Below are positions 43,208-53,074 of a DNA stretch of 64,000 nt, piece after piece (the first letter of the stretch is position 1; every line of letters begins with the position of its first letter). Source of the stretch: Macrostomum lignano (lineage: Eukaryota); assembly GCA_002269645.1 (NCBI GenBank), contig NIVC01002711.1, positions 1 through 64,000 on the forward strand, read 5' to 3'. Both the position numbers and the translations under genes were made by a program. The notes under the pieces are model-generated. The model had not been told where the DNA came from. It did no database searches and saw only the letters and a list, made by a program, of their open reading frames with translations.

Positions 43208-43437
43208 CCGCTTATATTTATAGACGGTTTCGCCAGCTAAAAATAGCAACATGACTCACGTGTTGCGCTAAAAATAGTAACATGACTCATCGCGTGGTTA
43301 TAAATAGTAACATGACTCATGGTGCTGCCATCAATAGTAACATGATTCATTCTGATACTATAAATAGTAACATGATTCACTTTGTTACTATAAATAGTAA
43401 CATGTTTCATCCGCTAAAATAGTAACATGAATCATGC
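43208..43437 (-). promoter_or_regulatory. Candidate promoter/enhancer: TATA box plus seven ~30-bp-spaced AATAGTAACATGA(C/T)TCA cores containing AP-1-like TGACTCA
   Basis: Minus-strand TATATAAATATAAG at ~43223-43210. Cores at ~43241, 43272, 43302, 43333, 43362, 43392 and 43417, separated by variable spacers. CCAAT-like motifs at ~42837 and ~42998. Confidence 0.45.
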
Positions 43438-44057
43438 CTAAAGTTCAAGTGCGCATGCATGCACTAGCTTACTTATAGCAGTATTTTATGATTAACTATT
43501 CTACTTTTTTGTGGGAGGTAGAACACTTTACACAAGCGACATAGCATCTGCTTACCGATGTACCCCTGTATAAAAATAAATAAAAACCTACCAGAAAAAT
43601 AAGCATTTGATATGCAGTCACAATATACTAAATCTTTACTATCTAATTCTAAACGTTTTAATCGGGTAAATCTCTTGATTGACTTACTAAGCATTCGGAA
43701 CAAACCTCTGCGGGCAATCCTCATGGACCCAGCGAGGTAACTCTGCCCATTGGCCTTGGGGGCCTTGGGGGTTGGCCTTCATGGCTGTGTGAAACGCCAC
43801 AATCCGCCAACTAATTCTTCGTGCTAAATTATACTAGCGTAATTAATTCGGTTCGTCGAGCAAGAGCGCTGCAAGTCATCTCAACATATTTTTTTGAACA
43901 GAAATCAAGCCAACTTTCCTGTCCGACAACAGCGGAAAAGAGGTTTTAAACAAAACCTTTGTAAAGCTAAATGTGTCTGCATTGTATTTCAACGAAGAGC
44001 AAATAATGTGTCTCTAGTTTGCTCAAGCGTTTTTTTGTAGTTAGGAAAGTTAATTCG

Positions 44058-44828
44058 TTAAAACGGAAAAACGCATTCGCACAGACCGGCCGACACTTCA
44101 TTCATTTCCATGCGTCCGTCACTTAGATTCGGATTGGCTGACCATCGCAAAATCACATTCTCGTCATTTCCCGTGTTGCTTGGCTCCGATTGACTCCAAA
44201 GAGTTCTGGCCACCTCAAGATTGCAGGCAATCCAATGCCAGCCTTCGAGCGGCTCTGCACTGTCCTCAGTCTGGAAACCGCCGAGCCAGAACGACTTGCC
44301 AAAACTGTACTTCGCATGAAGCATCTCAATATGGTGCATCTCGGTAGCGTCCACCACATCTGCCATGATGACCGGGCCGCTCTCCGACTCGCACTTTTCT
44401 CTGCTTTGCTTCCAACTTCCTGAGTCGTTGAACAGCTTGTACTTCACTCCGCACAGGTCGTCTCCGTAGCCAGACGGACACAGCGCGCCCGCCTCGAGTC
44501 CCGGCTGCTGCTTCACAAACACCCGGCCTCTCCTGGAGCAGCCGCAGTTCCTCACCGACTTGCTGCACTTGTCGAACACGAACAGCTGGCACGGACCGTC
44601 AGCCAGGCTGAACGCCTGACAGCGCCGGTCTCTGCTGCATAATGCGGAGCACTTCAGGGTAGAACTCGCATCTGGCTTGATGACAACAAACTCACTTCTT
44701 AAGCACAGTAGTCCAAGTATTCGATGGTAAGCATTGGACGTTCTTGACAGACTGCTGCAGGTATGTAGCAACAAGGTGGTTAAAATAAACAAATGACCAA
44801 TTATATATGCGGCTTTCATGACAGGCAT
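44058..44828 (-). CDS. Secreted PAN/apple-like + C-type lectin domain protein, paralog A (256 aa, intronless)
   Basis: Signal peptide; PAN-type CSALCSRDRRCQAF; CTLD with SWKQSREKC, FWLGG, GWHW, W..SEPSN and terminal LCEC. Confidence 0.88.
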   Translation of the reverse strand: MPVMKAAYIIGHLFILTTLLLHTCSSLSRTSNAYHRILGLLCLRSEFVVIKPDASSTLKCSALCSRDRRCQAFSLADGPCQLFVFDKCSKSVRNCGCSRRGRVFVKQQPGLEAGALCPSGYGDDLCGVKYKLFNDSGSWKQSREKCESESGPVIMADVVDATEMHHIEMLHAKYSFGKSFWLGGFQTEDSAEPLEGWHWIACNLEVARTLWSQSEPSNTGNDENVILRWSANPNLSDGRMEMNEVSAGLCECVFPF

Positions 44829-45754
44829 TTTAGGCGAGACAGGTTATAAAACTTTGTTTTAGTTGCGCGTTCTTATAAATAGATTTTTTAAATCCACGAT
44901 CGGCTTAGATTGTTGATCGCTTGAGAGAATGCTTTTACAGGCATTTTCAAATTGATTTCGAGTGTTTTTGCAGCGTCTAAAGGGAATTATGACTGGCGTC
45001 TCCTGAGTGGAAGCTTTTACGTGTCAGTGTCAACTTGGTCTCTAAAGTGGGTCGGTGAGCATAAGCTATCATGACCGTAGAATAAATTTTTAACAGGCTT
45101 CCAATTTGGGTTAAAAGCAGGTAAGTACTCGTAGTGTATGAACTAATGCCTCTTCAACTTACAATAATTGCCAAAATGCAATCCTTCGACTGATTTGGCT
45201 GATTGGAGCCTGGCGGAATGGGCGACGCTCGCCTCCCCGCTGTGTGTTCGGATAGCCCTGTAGCTAAGTCAAGTATAAGTCAAGCTGGTTGATTGAAAAT
45301 ATTGAGAGCTTAATTTTTTCAGAAAAAAATTTGTGTTTCTTTTATCCAGGGTTTAAGGGCATTAAAAAGAGGCTCACAACGCCAATAATTTACGCAGCTG
45401 ATGTATAAGCTTCAATGAGAAAACGATATGTACAGGCTTATAGTGATCCCGCACGTAAGACGCATATCAATTACCAACTATCACTAGCACTGTCATTTAA
45501 ATTTTGACAGTCAAAGACCTGGAAGAGGGGCGCTAGGCGAACAAGGAGTTTAATTGAATTGTTTGGACCCTTGCAAGCAACCTCCTATTAGCTATCGAAG
45601 ACAATGATATGAATAATTTTATTTAAGTATCGCTCACTTGATAAATTAGTATCTTTTCAATAATTACTGTTTAAATTTTATATAACATCAATTCTGTTCA
45701 ATTTTTCTATCTGTACAATCTTTTTATGATAATGATCAGTATTGATTAAATCAG

Positions 45755-46025
45755 TCCCAGATGTGCAACCGACAACTCAGCCGCAGCTATTGTGTGGCGC
45801 ATCTGAAGACTGCGTACGGCTGTTCAGTCCAAGGACTGGGGGTCGCCACACGCACCCTCAATTGCCCCAGCTAATGCTGGCACCCATTTTACAGCTGCAG
45901 TGGGTGAACTGAAGCAATGCAGAGTTAAGTGTCTTGCTCAAGGACACAATTTGTTCAAGTGGGGATCGGGAATCGAACCCCCGACCTTCAAGTCGTGAGT
46001 CGCTCTAACCATTGGCTACAACACC
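45755..46025 (-). mobile_element. tRNA-derived CORE-SINE
   Basis: On the minus strand: A box TAGCCAATGG and B box GTTCGATTCC, followed by the CORE-domain sequence TTGTGTCCTTGAGCAAGACACTTAAC...CAGCTGTAAAATGGGT (cf. the MIR/CORE consensus GTG.CCTTGGGCAAG.CACTTAAC...TGTAAAATGGG). Confidence 0.85.
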
Positions 46026-47137
46026 TTTCTTTTTACTACACATACAATTTATTAATTAATGATAAGTCTGTAAATTTTCTTTGTTTAAGTTTTAAAAAGG
46101 CTGCTGCAGCTGAGCAGGATGGCATTGGGTCGAATGAAGTGGAGAGCAGGGCTGCTGAACGAATACTCGCCCAGCCCTTGTAAGAGTCGTCGAGAAATGG
46201 GTGCTGCACCAACGGCCATAATGGCTATGGACCCATGATAATGTCTTTTTCAGCACCCCTTTTGCTTCCGATTTCTGTAGATATACATATACATGTACTA
46301 AAGCTCGATCTGCCTTTTTATTTGTTTGTTACGCATTTAATAGCAAACGGATAGGTAAATTTTTATTCAACTTGGCTCATTCGATGCCAAACTTTCAGGA
46401 TTAAGCCCAAAAACAGATATTTTCCATATCTGAGTAATGTATCTGTATGAGCCAAATTATAGTCTATGGCTAATACTGAAACGGCAACTGAAACTGTTGT
46501 GTTAGTGCAGATATCGGGGGGGGGGGTCTTTCGCGAAAGCAACTCACGGTGTGCCATAGACGTCAGTTGGGGAGGAAACACTTGTGGTTTGTTCGAAAGG
46601 CTCGCAACTTGACACGGCGTTCGATCGATCGCAACTTTGCGAGCTCGTAACTTTACGCAAAGGCCAGTTTCTTGAAAAGAGCGCAAGTCTATAGTCCTAC
46701 TTAATATCGATCGTAAATCTGCGCCTGATCGAGACCAAGCGTGAGTGAGCATGAGCGCCCAACTTCATTCTCATGAGAGACTGGCGCAAGTTTAACTGTC
46801 CTAGTTTTTACCAAGGCTTTTCTTTTTACGAGTCACATTAAAAAATAGCTCCCAGAAATTAAAGTCTTTGTCAAGTCTCCATCTTTTCCGCAAAAAATAA
46901 AACAGGTGCCCAATTCCTACTACTGTTAGTAATAAATAAAGCAATAAATCCATAATACTAAAATTAGCTTTTTAGATTTGATTTTTTGCCTTCTCTCCCA
47001 AGAAACAGTCTAGGAAATAGTTTACAGACTTAACTAGACTTCCGAATTTCGTAAGTCACGCAAAGTCTAAGCTACTTTCGAGAAACTGTCTATAGTTAGC
47101 GCGTAAGTCAAGTTGAGTCGATCAAATGTTTTCTATG

Positions 47138-47243
47138 TCCACCTCACCCCGCTTGAGGCCACTTCCTGCTCTTCAGAGCATTTTCGCGAGCGTGTGAGCG
47201 CCAAGTGTCTGTGACTCTTCAGCGTCTTTCTATCTATCTATCT
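47138..47243 (+). mobile_element. Short 3'-end copy of the RTE-like LINE at 14204-15106
   Basis: CCACCTCACCCCGCTTGAGGCCACTTCCT...CGTGTGAGCG..AAG.GTCT.TGACTCTTCAGCGTCTTT plus a (TATC)3 tail aligns with 14996-15106. Confidence 0.85.
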
Positions 47244-47654
47244 ACGCAGAGCGTAAAGTTCTAACCTACGATCAAACTTACCACAGAACTTACGCAAGTT
47301 TCGAGAAAGACCCCCCAGAAATGCGCCTGACCCAGCAGCCCGGATGTCTCAGTAAGGCGGGGATACGCTTTGTAGGTCGAGTTTTTTGTCATGAAAACCT
47401 CAGAAAGCATCAAAGATAAACAATTACATAGTACACAGCCTGTTAGAATTTTCATTAAAGTTGAGATCAATCCGAAATCAATCCAAATGTGTTGGCAGTG
47501 GGATAAGCAGAGCGAGGCCACGGGAGAGGCCGCGGTCCCCCACAATGGCCCCCACAAAATGCAACCCTTTGGGAGCTAAAAAAGTAGGTAACCAAACTTG
47601 ACGAATGACAGGAGCCCAACCGGTTTAAGAGACGGGTAGGAGCGCCTACCAAGA

Positions 47655-48110
47655 GGCGCCAAGAGACAGGGACGCCCACCAAGAGACAGGGACGCCCACC
47701 AAGAGACAGGGACACCCACCAAGAGACAGGGACGCCCACCAAGAGACAGGGACGGCCACCAAGAGACAGGGACGCCCACCAAGAGACAGGGACGGCCACC
47801 AAGAGACAGGGACACCCACCAAGAGACAGGGACGGCCACCAAGAGACAGGGACGCCCACCAAGAGACAGGGACGCTCACCAAGAGACAGGGACGCCCACC
47901 AAGAGAAAGGGACGCCCACCAAGATACAGGGGGGCGCCCACCAAGAGACAGGGACGCCCACCAAGAGAAAGGGACGCTCACCAAGAGACAGGCACGCCCA
48001 CCAAGAGAAAGGGACGCCCACCAAGATACAGGGGGGCGCCCACCAAGAGACAGGGACGCTCACCAAGAGACAGGGACGCCCACCAAGAGACAGGCACCCA
48101 TCTAGAGACA
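47655..48110. repeat. 20-bp minisatellite (CCACCAAGAGACAGGGACGC), reverse-complement relative of the 15175-16697 array
   Basis: About 22 units. The reverse-complement unit GCGTCCCTGTCTCTTGGTGG differs by ~1 nt from GCGCCCCTGTCTCTTGGTGG. Confidence 0.95.
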
Positions 48111-48722
48111 GCAGGGGTTGCAGCCCTCACCAATCAAAATTACCGCATACGCCACTGTGTGCCGGCAAAAGCGTACACAATTCCCATCTTACGAGATACA
48201 TGTAGCTATGCATTAGCAGTTTTCTAGCTAATGGACTGATTTAAGTTAAATAAAAGCTTTTATTTTACATTAGTCAAACACCTGTATTACACAGTTGCTT
48301 CCTATATATTTACTAACTACATGTAAACTACTAACATGCGGAAGAGCTCGTTTGCAATCGTTTCAATCCAGACAAGCAAGCCGATGCCAACAGAGACCGC
48401 TAAAAGTTAGTCAAATAAATAGATGAAAGCATTCAGGAAAGATGAAAGACACCGGCCGCTTAGCTAACCCTGTGCACAGTCAAACATAGGTGATGTTTTC
48501 AGTGGTGCTACAGTGCAAACAAAGACCATCACAATTCCTTCAGGGATTTTACCTCCAAGAAGGAAGAAATAAACTCATCGCTGCATTCAGAAACCTTCCG
48601 CCTTGTCATCGTTGAAATCTCAAAGTCCATTATTACATAGTATTCCCATTGCAGCACCGCGTGGCTTTTACTTCATGATGCTTGGCAATGGCTGAAAAAT
48701 TCTCAAACCGGATCTAACTCAA

Positions 48723-49180
48723 TACAACTCTACTCAATCACTGACTCAGTCATTACAACTCTACTCAATCACTGACTCAGTCATTACAACTCTACTCAAT
48801 CACTGACTCAGTCATTACAACTCTACTCAATCACTGACTCAGTCATTACAACTCTACTCAATCACTGACTCAGTCATTACAACTCTACTCAATAACTGAC
48901 TCAGTCATTACAACTCTACTCAATCACTGACTCAGTCATTACAACTCTACTCAATCACTGACTCAGTCATTACAACTCTACTCAATCACTGACTCAGTCA
49001 TTACAACTCTACTCAATCACTGACTCAGTCATTACAACTCTACTCAATCACTGACTCAGTCATTACAACTCTACTCAATCACTGACTCAGTCATTACAAC
49101 TCTACTCAATCACTGACTCAGTCATTACAACTCTACTCAATCACTGACTCAGTCATTACGACTCTACTCAAGCACTAACT
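48723..49180. repeat. 31-bp highly homogeneous minisatellite (TACAACTCTACTCAATCACTGACTCAGTCAT)
   Basis: About 14.5 near-identical units; each contains TGACTCA and the palindrome TGACT-C-AGTCA. Confidence 0.97.
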
Positions 49181-49437
49181 CAAATCTGCTAGGTCATTAC
49201 AACAAGACAAGACGAAAGCATTAACTTAATGCACTTTTAATCTTGCAAATCCTTGTTAATCGTCTATTTTCAGTGAATTATTCCAATTACAAGCGTATTT
49301 GGAGATCCAAAAAGATTTTTAACACTCACAAGACCTAACTATGTAGCTATCAGACTTCAAGTACAGTCTACAAAAGCTCCAGCTGTGATTCGCACACGCT
49401 GCGACGACAAACTCAGGGCAGAGATATGCCATGCAAC

Positions 49438-50211
49438 TCAGTTGAATGGCGACGCGCACTCGCACAGAACTTTGGACAGATCAGAGGCCTCGTTTATATC
49501 GACCAGCTTTGGGAGACTGTGATACCGCGCAACAGCATTCTCGTTGCCATCTCCCACATTGTTTGGCTCGTCATGACCCCACAAGCTGCTGCTCAAAGGG
49601 ATGTTGCAGGCGACCCAGTGCCAGCCTCCTGACGGCTCTAGACTTCCTACTTTCTGGTGGCCTCCGAGAAAAACCGATTGACCAGAACTGCGCGACTTGT
49701 AAATAATTTCCACGTGGTCCATCTCGGTGGCGTCAACCACATCGGCCATGATCACCAGGCCGCTCTCCGACTCGCATTTCTCTTTGCTCTTTTTCCAGTT
49801 GCCCGTCTCACTATGCAGCTTGTACTTCACTCCGCACAGGTCGTCTCCGTAGCCAGACGGACACAGCGCCCCAGCCTCGAGTCCCGGCTGCTGCTTCACA
49901 AACACCCGGCCTCTCCTGGAGCAGCCGCAGTTCCTTACCGACTTGCTGCACTTGTCGAACACGAACAGCTGGCACGGACCGTCAGCCAGGCTGAACGCCT
50001 GACAGCGCCGGTCGCTGCTGCACCAGAAGGCGCAGCCGGCCATTGAAACAACGTCGGAGAGGCTACGAACGAACTCTTTGTTGATGCAGAGGCTGCCGTT
50101 GATGCTTGAATACGAAGCCACGTCAGCTGCCTGCACGACTTTTAGCATGAAGAGAAAAACGGAAAACAGTTGGCTAAGCGTCTTTGTTGGCATTTGATGA
50201 TTATTTATCAA
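49438..50211 (-). CDS. Secreted PAN/apple-like + C-type lectin domain protein, paralog B (257 aa, intronless)
   Basis: Signal peptide; GCAFWCSSDRRCQAF; CTLD with NWKKSKEKC, VFLGG, GWHW, W.HDEPNN (EPN motif) and terminal LCEC. The start could be the second Met (MPTKT). Confidence 0.88.
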   Translation of the reverse strand: MINNHQMPTKTLSQLFSVFLFMLKVVQAADVASYSSINGSLCINKEFVRSLSDVVSMAGCAFWCSSDRRCQAFSLADGPCQLFVFDKCSKSVRNCGCSRRGRVFVKQQPGLEAGALCPSGYGDDLCGVKYKLHSETGNWKKSKEKCESESGLVIMADVVDATEMDHVEIIYKSRSSGQSVFLGGHQKVGSLEPSGGWHWVACNIPLSSSLWGHDEPNNVGDGNENAVARYHSLPKLVDINEASDLSKVLCECASPFN

Positions 50212-52942
50212 AATTTATTCCTTAAGATTTTCACTGCCAAGACTGTAGACTGGTAGTCTGCAAATTTTATGCTGTAAATTATCCTAATAGTCAAAGTAAC
50301 GTACTGAAGCCGAAGAAAACGATTCAGTTTCTAAGAATTCCTTCGATGGGCTATTGCGATTGTATTTCAGTCAATCGGTTCCATATTTAGTGTAGATGCA
50401 GGCAGTAGAGCAGGTAGAAGTTGACATGACTCTTGCTATTTGACGATTGAAGCTCTAACCAACCAAAATAGTCTGGCTAAAATCTGATCGCTAATGTGTT
50501 CAGTCATTTTTTATCTCTACGAGCATACTCGTAAAATATCGCATGCATTTTGGTATTTTCAAGTTGCAAAGTTCAAATTTTGAATTTCAATTTGAAAGTG
50601 ATAGGTTACCACAGATGCCAAGCACATTTCCATAGCTATACAATTAAAAAATAGTTGGGATTGTACGTGTACATAAGTTAGGGCTCTAATTTTTTTCTTT
50701 TTAGAATATTCCACTGCTGCCACCAAAGTTGTGACAGCTGGACGGTTTTAATAATTTTAATTATCCTACAGGTCGATCAATGTCTGAATTCGTGGGGGGA
50801 TTTTTTATGGATCTGTTCTGCTGCATCATCGCAGTCATGGAGGTGAGGAGGGCGTTGACGTCGATGAAAGGTGCAGCAGGTGACAAAACAGTGATCGGGG
50901 ATGAGACGGGAGGAGGCCATAGTCGGGGCGGCTGACGTTGCCGGCGGTTGTGGGCATGCATGCAGCTTGGGTCGGCAGGGACCGCCCTTTAGGGGCCGCT
51001 TCAGCAGAGGCTGTGGTGTGGTCGTCCTGGGACTGATAGATCTGATCGCCAGATGAGTCAGTCGTTGATCGCGTGATGACGCTCATGGATGGCATAGTAA
51101 TCTGGTCATCCTGGTCATCTCGTCATTTAAGCATTTGAAGCTCCTACTAGAGCCTTAAGTTCACATGAAATCCAAATTTATCCGATTTCTCCCCATAGAA
51201 ATCTCCAAATGCTAAAGTGGTCGGGTTTTCGGCATAACGGGAGCTATTTGGCTCCAAATGAAGGGGCAGGATTGGGGTGGATAATATTTGACAATATAAG
51301 ATTATGTTGTAGCGCATAAGCTTAGGCAGTATGTAGCTAAGCTGTTTTCACAACACGAATTTCAGCTTAAGTAGCTAGCAGTAGCGATACGAGCTAAATT
51401 TATCCTCACTATCAGATTTTCGTACAGCAATTTGCAAACTTCGGCAGTAAAAAAGTCAGATCACTCCGGATATTTTAAAGATTACTCTATGCTTTAAACG
51501 TTAAAACAAGTTGAGCAACATAGCTTAACTGAACACTATATTTTTCAAATAAAGATTTAGAAAGTAATATTTTGCTTTATACAGTTGCATTTATTTTTCA
51601 ATAAAAATTTCAGTAGCTAGCCTACAAGGAAAATGACCTCGATTTATTTTCTAAGAAATCCTTTTTTTCTTTTGTTACGTGTTACGTGTTACGTGTTACG
51701 TACGTTCTGGTCGCTGGTCTGTGACTCTGTGCTTGCTTTTTTGTGTGGAAAATACTAACGCCTTCGTTATTGTCGGACGAGATCATTTTTGTAGTTTATT
51801 GTTTTTTGGTTGTTATGTTTGCAAAAATAAGAGCTTCGTGTAATTTTTAGGCAAATCTGCTAAGCCAAAGTTGCTAAGCCAAACAATTATGAAGTGACAA
51901 CAACATAGCGTTTTATTTGGTTTGCACGTCAATCAATCAATTTAGATTATGCCTAGGCCCGTACTGTAATGATTGATTGAGTAACATGGTATAATATTGG
52001 TGTAATGTTAAAATTTTGTTTCTTTTTTTAAAGGCGTTAACATAACAATCAATTTAAATAACACTTGCTAGGCCTAATTATTGTGTAAGAATTTAAGAAA
52101 ATTATTCCTATCTATAGCTATAACCCAAGAAATTTACTGTCATTCCCTAGAGACCCCAGGAAAAGAAAAAATAATTAAAAATGGTGGATAGGAGGGCCTA
52201 ACTTAGATCTAAAGTAGCATTTTTAACTTTGACTTAATCTTTAGACTATATATTAAAGGTGCAAGGGTAAAAACTTTAAACAATGTTTATTTAAAACTGT
52301 ATTTGACAATGTGGCATCACCAAATTGTGCGCGCACCTTTGTTAGAAAGAGTCCAGACTCCAGAGGCAAAAAATGCATGCTTAACAGCTACGCTTATGGG
52401 AGAATAATTTATGAATGAGACTGTTTTTACGATTAGAATTTTTATTTTTTGCAAATAAATCACCATTTTGTCCTATATACTAAAAATGAGTTGTCTGTAT
52501 GTGGGTAGGTATGCGATAGATTTCAGAAAAAATGGCTCAACCGATTTTCTTCAAACTTGCACCATTTGATTAGAAATTTTCCTGGGACAGTACATGCATC
52601 TTGGCTAAAAAATTGCTCAATTTTAAAGGGATTAAATATTCGAAAAACCTGCTTTTTGCAAAGGTCAAGCAGCTCTTTCGACCTAAAATTCATTGTAAGA
52701 ATGCTAGAGAAAAAACCGACTGGCTGAATTCCGATTGTGATAAAGATTGCATCACAACAAGTTGAAAACAGTGCCGAAGAAATGCACACACGACTTGATT
52801 TAAATTGCGTAACCAATATTGCTAACTTAAATTGAGACTGATACTGGCTGACTGAGAAATTGATTATGTCATTACTTTTTACTTCAATTAACTTGCTGTA
52901 AGAATTGAATTATAAGGGCCACAATTCATGTACTCCAATTGA

Positions 52943-53026
52943 AAAGAGATAGCCAAGATGCGAACAGACTGGAATGCTAATGTAGCAACCTGGGTTCGAA
53001 TCTTAGTAGTACAAAAAGATTTTTTT
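52943..53026 (+). other. tRNA-like Pol III promoter unit (SINE head or small ncRNA)
   Basis: A-box-like TAGCCAAGATG (52950) and B box GGTTCGAATC (52993) with tRNA-like spacing; T7 run at 53020-53026. No full cloverleaf. Confidence 0.4.
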
Positions 53027-53074
53027 ATCAAAACACCTTAAAAACACAACAAAACTGCTAAACATAATAGAAGC

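Noticed and set aside
43241-43437. CRISPR-like repeat-spacer appearance (also considered for the 31-bp array at 48723 and the 34-bp array at 30195)
   Set aside because: Cores of 17 nt and spacers of ~12 nt are too short, the other arrays have no unique spacers, there are no cas genes, and the context is eukaryotic.
45960-46025. tRNA gene
   Set aside because: It has A/B boxes but no proper acceptor or anticodon stems and runs straight into a CORE domain, so it is a SINE head.
52490-52640. Helentron/DINE-like signature (TGTCTGT...GGCTCAACCGATTTT), with similar GTCC/GACA-associated patches at ~19140 and ~21600
   Set aside because: Resemblance from memory only; I could not define termini or hairpins, so it is not reported as a feature.
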